This document shows positions 19,372 to 30,081 of a DNA stretch of 64,000 bases, piece by piece. The first letter of the stretch is position 1. Every line of letters begins with the position of its first letter. Source of the DNA: a bacterium. GTDB lineage: Bacteria; Zhuqueibacterota; Zhuqueibacteria; Zhuqueibacterales; Zhuqueibacteraceae. Location of the stretch: assembly GCA_044869275.1 (NCBI GenBank), contig JBIOXB010000048.1, positions 1 to 64,000 of the forward strand, in the 5' to 3' direction. A program made the position numbers and the translations under genes. The notes beneath the pieces were generated by a model. It ran no database searches. It was not told where the DNA came from and worked only from the letters and a program-made list of their open reading frames with translations.

Positions 19372-21539
19372 AAAGGATTGATTTGAACTTTGCGAAAACC
19401 CGTGTTGCCGTTCTTGTCCGATACTTTCACCGCCAGAACTTTGCCGCGGGAGTGTTCAGGAAGAGGCAAACGGTAACTTTCTTCTTTTTGATCCGAAACC
19501 TGATCGAGGGGATAGGCCAGTTCCCACTCGCCGGCGTCGATGCAATAGCGCGCTTCCTGCAACGGTGAGAGGCGATCGCTGGCGGAAAAGCCGGCATAGA
19601 GCTTCTGATTTTCCATTTTGATTTGAAGCGCGCCGATTTCGGGCGGGCTGTTGTCGATCACGAAGATCTCGCTGATCTTTTCGTTTTCCAATGCCAGGTC
19701 CGCGGGGTTGCTGGGGCGATCGGAGGCGGTAATGCGAACTTGATATTCGCCGTCAGGCAGTGCCTGGCTATCCAGAGTATAAACCAGCCCGTGGTAGTTT
19801 TTCACCAATTCGCGCCAGCCGGATTCGCCTGCGCTGCGAATTTCAAGGCGAAATTCCAGACGATCGCTGTTGTCGTCGCGCACCTGCCAGCCCAAGGATT
19901 GCGCACCCTTTTGATTGATTTTCCTGCCGGCCAGCGCCTGCTGGCCGCTGTCATTCATGGGGTTTTCGGCTTGTTCATTGACATGATTAGCGGCATTTTC
20001 TTTCGCTTCTGGAAATGACGCGCCTGGCTCATAGATTCTGATTTGCGCGATTTCCGGCCTGACGTTTTTTTGCAAATAAGAAACCTGAATGCGTTTCGCC
20101 ATGGCGTCGCGGCCCGAGAGCATCACTTTCCATTGCAAAAAACGCGAAGGCGATGATGCCACCACCCCGCCGGAAGGCGCCGGTTTGACCGCGGTCCAGT
20201 CACTCCACGTCTTGTCCGGTTTCCCCGTATTGCCACTGCGCGTGAAGAATTGCGCTGCGCCCGCGCTTTCCCAATTTAGCGCGCCCCAGTGTGAGGGTAC
20301 ATTGGCGTCCAGGACTTCGGAAACATAATCGCCGTTGCGTCGCTCGCCTGCGCCGAACACATAAGCGGCGCCAGGATTGGCCGTGGTCAAATAAATCGCA
20401 CCTGAGGCCGTTTTCAGAAATGAGGTAATTTGGCTGGGCTCGGCTTGCCAAAGCAGCGTCGTGGTTTCATCATCTTCGAGGCGGTAGATTTTGCCCTTGT
20501 CGCCGGTGCCGATGAGTAGTTTGGGCGTGGCGCCCTCGAGCAGTTGCAAGGCATGCACGCGCTCGGAGGCCGAACTCCAGACCACTTTAACCATGCCGGT
20601 GTCATCGAGGAGATACACCGCGCCTGTGCCACCGGAGGTTTGCGCCGCCGGGGCCGTGTGCTCGGGAGGCGCCTCACCTTCCTCACCTGCGCTGATCACG
20701 ATTACGTTTTCACCCTCTTCACCTTCCTGCACTTCGCCGGTGCTGGCCGTGGCGGTGGCACCAGGCGCTGCGCCGGGAAACACTGGAAAAAAGGGACCGC
20801 CACCGGCCGCGGCTGCATAAATCGCGCCCGTAGGCGACAACAGGAGGCGGTGAATTTCGTCCAGCGGCGCGTCGTACATCACGGTTACACTGCCGTCACC
20901 TGGCAGGCGATAAATATAGCCGTTGCCGCTGGAGCCGGCATAGAGTATCTGGTTGCGGCCATCCCAGCACAGCGAGCGGATATGTTTCTCTTCGCTTTCA
21001 AAGAAGATTTTGGCCTCACCCGAAGCCGAGACTTGATAAATGCGCGCGGGCTCGCCGGTGGCAACAAACCATGCGCCGTCTTTTCCCGGTGCCATCGCCC
21101 AAATGTATTTCGCCTCGGGTTTGAAAAATATCTTTGCCGGCTGGTTCGCGCTGCGGCGATAAACTTGCCCCTCGGGAGAAGTGGCGATGAGTAAACCGTC
21201 GTTTTGCGGTGCAAGCGCGAATACCGCGACTTCTGCGCTGGTGAAAACTGTGTCCGCGCCTTGCGGCCGTACGCGCAATACCACAGCGGGGTTGCCGCCG
21301 CCAATATAGACTTCACCGCGTGCTTCCGCTGCGCACCAAAGATAAGGAACCGTGGCGCGAAACAATTCTTGCGTGGGGGGTGCGAGCTGGAGACGGCCGA
21401 AAGCGTCGAGTAACACGCCATGCGCCTCACCCCGGCTCAATTGTTCCTGAGTGAAATAGGTCTTGAATTGCGGAGAAGCGGCGAGCATCATGAGGGCTAA
21501 ACACGCGACAACGATCAAGCTATTCTTGTGAATCTGCAT
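19368..21539 (-). CDS. Exported beta-propeller plus Ig/FN3-like hypothetical protein
   Basis: Signal peptide; repeated GxxYx blade motifs (ATSPEGQVY, GTGDKGKIY); RSGNT..PD..WSDW; DNSPP. Confidence 0.7.
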   Translation of the reverse strand: MQIHKNSLIVVACLALMMLAASPQFKTYFTQEQLSRGEAHGVLLDAFGRLQLAPPTQELFRATVPYLWCAAEARGEVYIGGGNPAVVLRVRPQGADTVFTSAEVAVFALAPQNDGLLIATSPEGQVYRRSANQPAKIFFKPEAKYIWAMAPGKDGAWFVATGEPARIYQVSASGEAKIFFESEEKHIRSLCWDGRNQILYAGSSGNGYIYRLPGDGSVTVMYDAPLDEIHRLLLSPTGAIYAAAAGGGPFFPVFPGAAPGATATASTGEVQEGEEGENVIVISAGEEGEAPPEHTAPAAQTSGGTGAVYLLDDTGMVKVVWSSASERVHALQLLEGATPKLLIGTGDKGKIYRLEDDETTTLLWQAEPSQITSFLKTASGAIYLTTANPGAAYVFGAGERRNGDYVSEVLDANVPSHWGALNWESAGAAQFFTRSGNTGKPDKTWSDWTAVKPAPSGGVVASSPSRFLQWKVMLSGRDAMAKRIQVSYLQKNVRPEIAQIRIYEPGASFPEAKENAANHVNEQAENPMNDSGQQALAGRKINQKGAQSLGWQVRDDNSDRLEFRLEIRSAGESGWRELVKNYHGLVYTLDSQALPDGEYQVRITASDRPSNPADLALENEKISEIFVIDNSPPEIGALQIKMENQKLYAGFSASDRLSPLQEARYCIDAGEWELAYPLDQVSDQKEESYRLPLPEHSRGKVLAVKVSDKNGNTGFRKVQINPL

Positions 21540-21604
21540 ACTCCGTCCGTGTGAGGTCCAAATTTATATCGGAAGTTTTTGCAACACTTCAGCGCCAGCC
21601 TGCC

Positions 21605-21640
21605 CTTCCTGCCTGCGCAGGAATGACACCTGAACAGTTA
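21605..21640. repeat. REP-like hairpin TTCCTGCCTGCGCAGGAA(TGAC) with adjacent CTGAACAGTTAC
   Basis: Short palindrome in the spoIVB-like/propeller spacer. The reverse complement of the terminal 12-mer resembles GTAACCATTCAG at 63782. Confidence 0.4.
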
Positions 21641-21650
21641 CGATTTTTTT

Positions 21651-23531
21651 TCATTGCAAGCGCAAGCGAATGATCTCGGTTCCGGAAACGGCGTAAGGCC
21701 CTGCCGGCTGCCGGTTTTGGGGAGAGGATTCCGGAATGTGAACTTGCTGGTGCACCTCCGCCAAAACCCGCTCGCGCGCCGGCAAGACGCTGCCTTTGGC
21801 GTTCTGCGATTGCAGAATCGCGTAAGCCGTCGGTGGCAATGAGGCCAGCTCTTCACCCTCAACGACGAGTCCGCGATCGGGAGCCCGCAGTTGAAAATAG
21901 ATTTGATCGCCGCGCCGCTTCGCGTTCAGCAATTCGGCTAATTGCGCGAAGTTGTTTGGAGCGAAACGCCCGGGCAAGGCGCGGTAATCGAGCTGCGTGA
22001 GCTCGCGGCTGCCGCCCACGACGACGGAAAGATACGGCCCGGTTGTGCTTTGGGGAACGACCAAGCTCTGTTGCACCAAAACATTCGCGCCACGATAAGC
22101 TTGCACGCGCGCAGAAACTTTGATCGTGTCGCCCGGCTGCGCCACGCTGCGATCGAGCCAAACCTGTTCAATGGTCGCGCTGCGCCAGCCCGGCAAGGAG
22201 GTGAAATGCAGCTCGATTTCCTGCAAGGTCACAGGCGGAAAGCGGCTCGCCATCACCGCGCCCAAGGCCGAGGCCACTTCGCCGGTGGCCTGTGCCACGC
22301 CGCTCAGATACCCGAAACCTGCAATCGGCGTCATGCCCGCGTAGAAATTGTCGAGATTGATCTTTTGCCCGTCTTGAAAACGCAGCTCGCCCTGCAATAG
22401 CAGGCTGTTTTCGCCGTTCGCCAGGCGTGCGGATTGCAAGGCATTCATCATGACCACGCGCAGAAACAACGGCATAATGGTGCTCAACGTGCGCTCGCCG
22501 GTAAACTGAAATTCAAACCGGCTTTCTTTTCCCCCTTCGTCCGTATAGCGCACGCGCATCGGCATCATACGGGGTGTCGCGCCGATTTCACCATAAATGC
22601 CGGTGGTACGATCCTGTCGCAAGGCGCCCAACAGCAAAGCGCTAGCGCCCATTTTGTAGGCGCTATATTCGCTGGGCACAACCGTCAAAATTTTTGCCAA
22701 TGAAATGGGAATGTCGATCGGGCCATTGCTCATAAACGGGTGGCCGAAGGCCAGCACTTTTTTTTCGTCGCGATAGGTCAACGTGCCGATGGCTTCGATG
22801 CTCATATCGCCCGTGACGATCAGCGCGCCAATCGCCGCGCCGGGCACGAAATCCTTGACACTGACGCTGTCGTTCTGCAGCCGGCCGCCGCTGACCGCCA
22901 TGAAGCCTGCGGGTCGCAAACAAGCCTCAATCTCCCGGAGCAAATCGGGATGAATTCCAGAAAAGGACAAAGGCAGAGTGAGAGGCTGCAGGGCGGCATT
23001 GCCAATGTTTTGTCGCGCCAATTGTGCCGGCGAAAAGTTTTCCCAGGAAACGTCTCGCAGGCGCAGTGCCATTTCCAAGAATCTGTTCTCTTGGGAGGAA
23101 AAATGCACGGTTGCAAGCTCCTGCCCGCGCGCCGCCTCACGATCGAGAATCTCCATCATCTCGTGAATCGGCGTAATGCCTGCAAGCGGCTCTTTCATGA
23201 ACACGCCCACCGAATATGACAAGGCGCCCGCCAGTTTACCGTCGAAATAGATGGGGCTGCCGCTCATGCCCGCAGCCACGCCGGTGAACTCTGCTTTTTT
23301 TCCGCTGAGACGCACGAGAATGAGGTTGCGGCGGGGATAGAAGTCGCGAAGGAGATCGATGACTTCGACGTCAAATTCTTCGGGGTGATAGCCGCTGAAT
23401 ACGGTTCGACCCACTCCGCGCATGCCGGGCTTGATTTGATCAAGTGGCAAGAGTTCCTGCGCGAAAGCGGCAGCAGAGAGCAGGAGGAAAACAAGGTAAA
23501 ACTGCAACGATCGCATTGTTCGCCTTTGCAT
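21651..23531 (-). CDS. Exported SpoIVB-like peptidase S55 domain protein
   Basis: Signal peptide, GMRGVGRTVF, catalytic-type AGMSGSP and AFGHP. Confidence 0.82.
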   Translation of the reverse strand: MQRRTMRSLQFYLVFLLLSAAAFAQELLPLDQIKPGMRGVGRTVFSGYHPEEFDVEVIDLLRDFYPRRNLILVRLSGKKAEFTGVAAGMSGSPIYFDGKLAGALSYSVGVFMKEPLAGITPIHEMMEILDREAARGQELATVHFSSQENRFLEMALRLRDVSWENFSPAQLARQNIGNAALQPLTLPLSFSGIHPDLLREIEACLRPAGFMAVSGGRLQNDSVSVKDFVPGAAIGALIVTGDMSIEAIGTLTYRDEKKVLAFGHPFMSNGPIDIPISLAKILTVVPSEYSAYKMGASALLLGALRQDRTTGIYGEIGATPRMMPMRVRYTDEGGKESRFEFQFTGERTLSTIMPLFLRVVMMNALQSARLANGENSLLLQGELRFQDGQKINLDNFYAGMTPIAGFGYLSGVAQATGEVASALGAVMASRFPPVTLQEIELHFTSLPGWRSATIEQVWLDRSVAQPGDTIKVSARVQAYRGANVLVQQSLVVPQSTTGPYLSVVVGGSRELTQLDYRALPGRFAPNNFAQLAELLNAKRRGDQIYFQLRAPDRGLVVEGEELASLPPTAYAILQSQNAKGSVLPARERVLAEVHQQVHIPESSPQNRQPAGPYAVSGTEIIRLRLQ

Positions 23532-23664
23532 AAAATGAATACGCAAAGTAAATGATTCGCTGCAGAATTGCAATGAAAATCCTCCGGATTTCACTGGCCA
23601 GTCTTTGTTCCATTCACGGGTTTCGCCTTAACTCAGGGCCAGCGACCGGTCAGCTTTGTCCTCC

Positions 23665-23705
23665 AAAAAAAATGGCGCGGTCACCTTCCATGGGTTCCCG
23701 CGCCA
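23665..23705 (-). terminator. Rho-independent terminator
   Basis: On the minus strand TGGCGCGG...CCGCGCCA is followed directly by a T run. Confidence 0.7.
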
Positions 23706-24198
23706 ATATTCCGGTGCAGTGCAGAGTTGTAGTTCGTCAAAAGCGCGTGCTTGCGCTTTCGGGACTTCCATGCCCCGTGGCTCGTGCTTGAGCCTCATTC
23801 GTCGTCACATACCGCTTGGTTCCGAAATCGCATGAAGATCACCAGGCAGAAAACAGCTTCCTCCCTGAAACTGCGTGCGAGAACAAGCCACAGCTGGCTG
23901 TCGCCTTCCGCGCATGACTCCTTGGCTGCTTGCCTGCCAGCCCAATTTTTCTGCGTGCCGGTCGCGCACGATGTCGGAGCCGAATGTCACTTTCATGAGA
24001 TGGTTTGGAATCCATTCCGCCTCGCTGCATCCTCGTGCCGTCCTGTTCGCTGCGCCGGCGTTTCTTCCGGCGTTGGAGCCGGCCGATCGCCTGTTCCGTG
24101 TGTGGATTCGATTTTGTAAGCGAGGCCACGGCGTCATTCAATTCTGTAAAACCATCGAATGGCGCAGGTGTATCCTCTCATGATCTGTAGATTCTGAT
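23665..24198 (-). ncRNA. Candidate Csr/Rsm-type (GGA-loop) small RNA
   Basis: No convincing ORF. About 16 GGA on minus versus about 5 on plus (hand count). ANGGAN hexaloop hairpins at 23761-23776, 23854-23873 and 24007-24018. Bounded by a sigma54-like motif and a terminator. Confidence 0.4.
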
Positions 24199-24209
24199 TC
24201 TATCTTAAT

Positions 24210-24224
24210 ACACAAATCATGCCA
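24210..24224 (-). promoter_or_regulatory. Sigma54-like -24/-12 motif
   Basis: TGGCATGATTTGTGT versus consensus TGGCACN5TTGC. Confidence 0.35.
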
Positions 24225-24493
24225 CGCCGTTTCACCGGCGTTTTGTTTTTGAGAAAAACACTTCGCCTTGAAAAATCAGGTACCTGCGCGAAGAGCATCG
24301 CATACCATCGCGCAGATTTTGTAAATCGGTGCGCAAGATTTTCGTACCGATGTGAAGCAGGCGTGTTTCAATGTGGATGAAATTCAGACGGGGGCAAAGA
24401 AAAGCATAAATGCCGAGGGAATGGCGGGAAAACTTCTCCCGCTGGCAAGATAGATCATCGAGGCGGAAGCGGGCCAGGCAGAGATCATGAAAT

Positions 24494-25687
24494 TCAATTC
24501 ACCTTGTCCGGCGCTGCGGAAACATGCTGCGTGCGCTTCGCATACATCTCATCAGGCATGCGGCACGGCAGGCCGCCTTCTTGCATTTCGCAATTGTCCC
24601 ACAGAGGGCATTGGATGGAGCAGATGCGGCCCTCAGGGCTGTTGCGGCCTTGCAAGTCGAGCAGTGGAAGAATCGTGCGCGTTCTTAGTGAGCGATAGCG
24701 CACCCGCTCGCCGAGGATGTTCTGGCGTACCATCTGCAAAAAGCGCCGGCGGTTGTCTGAATCCGCCGTCAAAATGTCACCTGGCGACATCGAACGCACA
24801 GCCTTCGCGATGTTCGGGTCGTAAGTCATGTATCCCCAGAACTCGAGGCGCAGGCGCAGCATATCCTGCGTCGCGATTTGCAGGGCCAGGCCCTCGCGTG
24901 TTTCGCCCAGATCGAAGACGCGGTTGAGAATGAGCTTCGGCGAAAAGTCATTGAGCAAGCGGAAAAAGCGCATGCCATCGCGCACACTTCTGCGCTTGAC
25001 TTCCTCGCCGATTTCCGTGAGCAGGCGAAAATCGTGCGCGTGCGTCGGATCCTTGGAAAGATCGAGCAGCTCCAGCACGTCCGGCGCCTCGGCGAACTCA
25101 CGGCGCAGGCGGCGGAAGACCGCGACTTTGAGAAAGTTGAAACATTCCTGTATCGAAGTAGGCTCGGGGTTGGCGACGACAATGGGAACGTCGCCCGCGT
25201 TGAACAAGTCGATTTCGTTGATCGACATGCCCGCACCGATATCCACCACGATATATTCCGCCAGCAAGCGCTGCAGATGGCGGATCAGTTTCAGCTTTTC
25301 CCAATGCTCCAAATTCGCCATGCCGATGGTGCCGGGCGAGCCGCAAATGATCTGCAAGCCGTCGAAGGGCGAAGCCAACAGCAGCTCGTCCAGCGTTTTG
25401 ACCTTACGCGCGACGAAATCGAATAGGGTTTTCTCCGGGGCATAAATGCCCATCACGGTGTGCACGTTGGCGCCACCCAAATCCGCGTCGAGCAGCACCA
25501 CGCGGCGGCCGGCTTCAGCCAGTGCGATGGAGATGCTTGCGCTCACCATGGTTTTGCCGATACCGCCCTTGCCGCCGGCGATGGCAATCACACGCGCCGA
25601 GCGGCGCGGGGCTTCCGGTGAATCAGAAGCAACTTCGGTGGCGGAAGAGGGATACTGCGTTTGTCGTGTGAGCCGTTTGAATTCCAT
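24494..25687 (-). CDS. MinD/FleN(FlhG)-like P-loop ATPase with Cys-rich C-terminal tail
   Basis: Deviant Walker A GGKGGIGKT, DADLGGAN, DIGAG and PEPTSI; tail CSIQCPLWDNC...PC. Confidence 0.85.
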   Translation of the reverse strand: MEFKRLTRQTQYPSSATEVASDSPEAPRRSARVIAIAGGKGGIGKTMVSASISIALAEAGRRVVLLDADLGGANVHTVMGIYAPEKTLFDFVARKVKTLDELLLASPFDGLQIICGSPGTIGMANLEHWEKLKLIRHLQRLLAEYIVVDIGAGMSINEIDLFNAGDVPIVVANPEPTSIQECFNFLKVAVFRRLRREFAEAPDVLELLDLSKDPTHAHDFRLLTEIGEEVKRRSVRDGMRFFRLLNDFSPKLILNRVFDLGETREGLALQIATQDMLRLRLEFWGYMTYDPNIAKAVRSMSPGDILTADSDNRRRFLQMVRQNILGERVRYRSLRTRTILPLLDLQGRNSPEGRICSIQCPLWDNCEMQEGGLPCRMPDEMYAKRTQHVSAAPDKVN

Positions 25688-26020
25688 TTCAAATGACGAG
25701 GTTCGGGGTGAAGAGGCAATCCTGCTTGGGTATAGGCTGTTCTCATGCCGCAAGGTAAACTCATGGAAGAAATTCCAGGCCTTTTCGCGCGAAATCCCAA
25801 CAAAGTTCAGCGTGAAAAAAAGCGGCATGCTCTGGTTACGATTTAGTTACAGGCAATCGCCCTCGTTTGCGCAAGCCTCACGCTCAGATTCATCGCGCTT
25901 TCGCAAGAAAGCGACAAAACATTGCCGGAATTTAACATGATTCAGCCGGGGAAGGGGTTTGCTGGCAGTAGGGAACGGCCATGGCCAGAGCCGGGCGGAG
26001 CCGGAAGTGGAAGCGAGAAT

Positions 26021-26284
26021 TCAGAGCGACCAAACGAGGGAGAGCAAAGTGCCGCCGGCCATGATCGCGATCGCCAGCCAACGGTCCTCTGAAACGTGGT
26101 CGCGAAAGTACAGCACCGCGCTAAAAAAGGCGCACATGGAGATGCGCTCGAAGCGTTCGCCGAGGTCAAAAGCCGCCATCATCACCGTCAGGGTCACGAC
26201 CAGGAGCAGCAGCAGCAGGCGAAGCCCGGAGCGGGAGTTGATCCACGCCAGGATTTTTTGAGGGTTCATATACAAAGAGGCCAC
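26021..26284 (-). CDS. Small hypothetical membrane protein
   Basis: 87 aa with about 3 hydrophobic helices; co-oriented downstream of era. Confidence 0.5.
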   Translation of the reverse strand: MASLYMNPQKILAWINSRSGLRLLLLLLVVTLTVMMAAFDLGERFERISMCAFFSAVLYFRDHVSEDRWLAIAIMAGGTLLSLVWSL

Positions 26285-26340
26285 AGAATTTCAACCGAAA
26301 GGTGCCGGACTTCTCTTCGCATGCTGCGTTCCGGACGAGC

Positions 26341-27255
26341 CTAGAGATAACCCAAATTCTTCAGCTCGTTCTCCCGGTCGCGCCATTTTTCCTTAACCGC
26401 CACGAACAGTTCCAGATAAATCGGGCGGTCGATCAGCGCTTCGATCTCCTCGCGCGCCATCTTGCCCACCTGTTTCAACGCCGCACCGCCTTTGCCGATG
26501 AGAATGCCCTTTTGCGATTCGCGCTCGACGTAGATCACGGCGCGGACGTAGTCTTTGTGCCCCGGCCGCTCGATGAATTCTTCCACGCGCACGCTGGTGG
26601 AATACGGAATCTCTTCGCCATAGCGCAGAAAGATTTTCTCCCGCACGATTTCCGCCGCGAGAAATCTCTCCGGATGATTGGTAACCTGATCCGGTGGATA
26701 AAAAGCTTCGTGCTCGGGCAGATATTTTTCCAGCGTCTGCGCCAGTTCTTCCACGCCGTCTTTGTTCAGGGCGGAAATGGGAACGATCTCTTTCACGTTC
26801 GGCTGGTCCTTGAATGCCGCGATGGCGGGCAGCAAATCCTCTTTTGCGACTTTGTCGATCTTGTTGAGGGCGACGATGATCGGCCGGCCGGTGTCGGACA
26901 AGCGCTTGAGAATTTCAAGATCAAACGGCCGTGGCGGCGCCTCCGGCTCGACGAGAAAGAGCTGCACATCCGCCTCTTTCATCGCGGCGTGCGCCACACG
27001 CACAAAAGTTTGTTGCAAGCGATAAGTCGGCTCAAGCATGCCCGGCGTATCAAAAAAAATTGTCTGGCTGCGCGGCCGGTTCAGGATGCCGAGAATCTGC
27101 CGGCGGGTGGTTTGCGGCTTGGGCGAAACAATGGAAAGCTTGTACTGCAGTAAAGCATTCAGCAAAGTCGACTTGCCAACATTGGGCTGGCCGATGATGG
27201 CAATGTATCCTGCACGAAAGCAGCCGCCCTCTTGGGTTCCGGAAGCAGTATCCAA
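26341..27255 (-). CDS. era: GTPase Era
   Basis: GQPNVGKSTL, PQTTR, DTPG, NKID and KH domain GILIGKGG. Confidence 0.96.
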   Translation of the reverse strand: MDTASGTQEGGCFRAGYIAIIGQPNVGKSTLLNALLQYKLSIVSPKPQTTRRQILGILNRPRSQTIFFDTPGMLEPTYRLQQTFVRVAHAAMKEADVQLFLVEPEAPPRPFDLEILKRLSDTGRPIIVALNKIDKVAKEDLLPAIAAFKDQPNVKEIVPISALNKDGVEELAQTLEKYLPEHEAFYPPDQVTNHPERFLAAEIVREKIFLRYGEEIPYSTSVRVEEFIERPGHKDYVRAVIYVERESQKGILIGKGGAALKQVGKMAREEIEALIDRPIYLELFVAVKEKWRDRENELKNLGYL

Positions 27256-27620
27256 CTATTTCTCACTCACGGCTTAGGGTACCGGTTGGTTTGAGCGTCC
27301 CTGCAATGCCTCGACCCGCCGGCCCTGGCTGGTCCGCGAACAGCATGTTGTGCGCTGCGCTTTCCAATTTCGCTCAGGAAAAGCGCGCGACGTCTACAAA
27401 ATAATATAACGAACAACAGTGTTGTACCGGCAGAACGCGGTTTCGCCGAGAGTCTTTAAGATTTTTTTGAAGAATTTACATTGCGCTTGCCTGGGCTTTG
27501 ATTTCCGGCACGGCGGCTTGATGCGTGGCGGCAAGAAAGAAAATCCATAGCACGCCGCATAGCACGGTCATCAGCACGGTCACAAAAAGGGATTTCTTCA
27601 CAACTCCTCCTGCCTGAGTT

Positions 27621-29108
27621 TCAATATGCTTTCGCGATCAAAACGCGCTGCGCCGAAGGCTTGCCCGTGATCAGGCACCTGCCCGATTCTCTCTCGCCTT
27701 CCAGCGGAATACAGCGGATGGTGGCCTTGGTTTCTTCCTGCAAGCGGTCCTCGGCCTCGCGCTCGCCGCTCCAATGCGCCCAGAAAAATCCGCCGGGTTC
27801 TTCGATTTCTTTTTTGAACTGATCGTAGTCGTCGATGATCTTGGTGTTCTGCTCGCGAAATTCCAATGCGCGGCGGTACAAATTGTTTTGAATATCATCC
27901 AACGTGCGCTGGATTTCCTCGGCCAGGCCGTTCTGCGTCAGCACGCGCTTCTCCGCGGTATCGCGGCGCACCATCACCACGTTGCCGCTTTGCACGTCTT
28001 TCGGCCCCAGCTCAACGCGCACAGGCACGCCGCGCTTTTCCCACTCGTTGAACTTCCAACCCGGGCGGTAATTGTCACGATCGTCCAATTTGAACGAGAA
28101 TTTGCCTTTCCATTCTGCGACGATTTTTTGCGCACGCGCCATTACTTGCGCTTTCTCGCCCTCCCCCTTCCAGATGGGCACCAGCACGGCTTGAATGGGC
28201 GCAAGCCGGGGGGGCAACACCAGGCCTTGGTCGTCGCTGTGGGTCATGATCAACGCGCCGATTAGACGCGTGGAGGTACCCCAGCTCGTGGCCCAGACGT
28301 ATTCCTGCTTGCCCTCTTCGCTGAGATAGCGCACGTCGAAGGCCTTGGCGAAGTTTTGCCCGAGGTGATGCGAAGTGCCGCCCTGCAACGCCTTGCGATC
28401 TTGCATCATGGCTTCGATGCAATAGGTGTGCAGCGCGCCCGCGAATTTTTCTTTTTCGGTTTTGCGCCCGGGAATCACCGGCATGGCCATATACTGCTCG
28501 GCAAACGTTTTGTAGACTTCCAGCATCTGGCGCGTTTCTTTTTCCGCTTCGTCGTAAGTGGCGTGCGCGGTATGGCCCTCCTGCCACAGAAACTCGGTGG
28601 TGCGCAAAAACAATCGCGTGCGCATTTCCCAGCGCACCACATTGCACCATTGGTTCATCAAGATCGGCAGATCGCGATAGGACTGTATCCATTTGCGGAA
28701 CATCGACCAAATAATGGTCTCGGAAGTCGGGCGCACCACCAGCGGCTCTTCGAGTTTCTTGCCGCCGCCGTGCGTCACCACGGCGAGTTCGGGCGAAAAA
28801 CCTTCGACATGCTCCGCTTCTTTATGCATGAAGCTTTCGGGAATAAACAAAGGAAAATACGCGTTCACGTGGCCGGTCTCTTTGAAGAGGCCGTCCATTC
28901 CCGCTTGCACTTTTTCCCAAATCGCATAACCGTGCGGCCGGATCACCATGCAGCCTTTCACCGGTGCGTGGTCGGCCAATTCCGCCGCGGCGATGACGTC
29001 GTTGTACCAGCGCGAATAATCTTCGGAACGTTTCGTGATCCGTTGCGGGCGTCCTGATGGTTCCGTTTGTGTCCTGTCGTTTTCCATGTTCGGTTTCGAT
29101 CCATGCAT
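27621..29108 (-). CDS. proS: Proline--tRNA ligase (archaeal/eukaryote-like type)
   Basis: [23 protein letters not shown] and C-terminal AKAY; start may be 29087. Confidence 0.96.
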   Translation of the reverse strand: MHGSKPNMENDRTQTEPSGRPQRITKRSEDYSRWYNDVIAAAELADHAPVKGCMVIRPHGYAIWEKVQAGMDGLFKETGHVNAYFPLFIPESFMHKEAEHVEGFSPELAVVTHGGGKKLEEPLVVRPTSETIIWSMFRKWIQSYRDLPILMNQWCNVVRWEMRTRLFLRTTEFLWQEGHTAHATYDEAEKETRQMLEVYKTFAEQYMAMPVIPGRKTEKEKFAGALHTYCIEAMMQDRKALQGGTSHHLGQNFAKAFDVRYLSEEGKQEYVWATSWGTSTRLIGALIMTHSDDQGLVLPPRLAPIQAVLVPIWKGEGEKAQVMARAQKIVAEWKGKFSFKLDDRDNYRPGWKFNEWEKRGVPVRVELGPKDVQSGNVVMVRRDTAEKRVLTQNGLAEEIQRTLDDIQNNLYRRALEFREQNTKIIDDYDQFKKEIEEPGGFFWAHWSGEREAEDRLQEETKATIRCIPLEGERESGRCLITGKPSAQRVLIAKAY

Positions 29109-29577
29109 AAATTCATCGTCCGAGACGGGCTGGGTCTGCGATCAGCCACCTATTCTACCGTTGAAACGTGTTGCTGAGGCCCGCAGGACAAAAAAAATGG
29201 ACAGTGCCCAGAAAGCTCCACGGTCTGTCCACTCGCCTGGTTTTGAGCGATTTAGTAATATATCATTCATTCAAAATTTTGTCAAGCCGAATTTCCCGGA
29301 TTGACAGATAGTCTCAAGATAGAAATTTTGGAGAACAAAAATACACTAATTGCCAATTCATGGGCTTTCTTATCAAGCGGGGTCGCATGCCTCACCTTAT
29401 AATTTGCTGCAAGATGGGAAAACGGAAGGGAGCATTCTATTTATCCGGAGTGGGACAAAGCAACTGAACTCTCACAGAAACAAAGTTGAATATTCAGTGA
29501 GAGTTCGTTGTATGGCGGGCGATCGGTTTTCAGTTTCCACCCATTCTTGGCCTTGGAGCCCGCTAGCCCCAAGTTTT

Positions 29578-30081
29578 TCAATTGATGGAGTGGCGCAGCA
29601 GCGTTACAATTTCAGGAAAGTGCAATAGCGGCGGTAATTTTTGCCTGGGCTTCAAGCGCAGTTCCCGCGCCGCGATCTCTCCCACTTTTTTCAAGAAACT
29701 GCTGGCCGCCGCGGTCTTGTGCACGAGATAATTCACGCCCTGGCGGCACGCCTCGTCGGTCAGCGTACGTTCGGTATTCGCCGTTACCATGACCACGGGC
29801 CGGTGCCACGCTTGAAAACGCAGCTTTTTCAGCAAGGTTAAGCCGTCGAGATCGGGGAGAGCATAATCGAGAATCAGCAAATCAATTTTCTCCCTTTGCA
29901 GGATGGACCAGCCCTCATAGCCGGACTGGGTCACACGCAAGGCGACCCAATACGTATTGAGCTCATGTGCCAGCAGTTCGAGGTGATCGAAATTGTCTTC
30001 GATTACCAAAATCTGCGGCAGCGGCGCCGTTTTCCCTTGAGCGACCATACACCCACTTTCTCCTTTCACGATGTCGTTCAT
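29578..30081 (-). CDS. Single-domain response regulator (orphan)
   Basis: VIED, LDYALPDLDG, MVTA and K. Confidence 0.8.
   Translation of the reverse strand: MNDIVKGESGCMVAQGKTAPLPQILVIEDNFDHLELLAHELNTYWVALRVTQSGYEGWSILQREKIDLLILDYALPDLDGLTLLKKLRFQAWHRPVVMVTANTERTLTDEACRQGVNYLVHKTAAASSFLKKVGEIAARELRLKPRQKLPPLLHFPEIVTLLRHSIN

Noticed and set aside
23751..24190. Overlapping 60-120 aa ORFs in the FleN-spoIVB gap
   Set aside because: Arg/Ser-rich with no motifs or clear RBS; better explained as non-coding, although not excluded.
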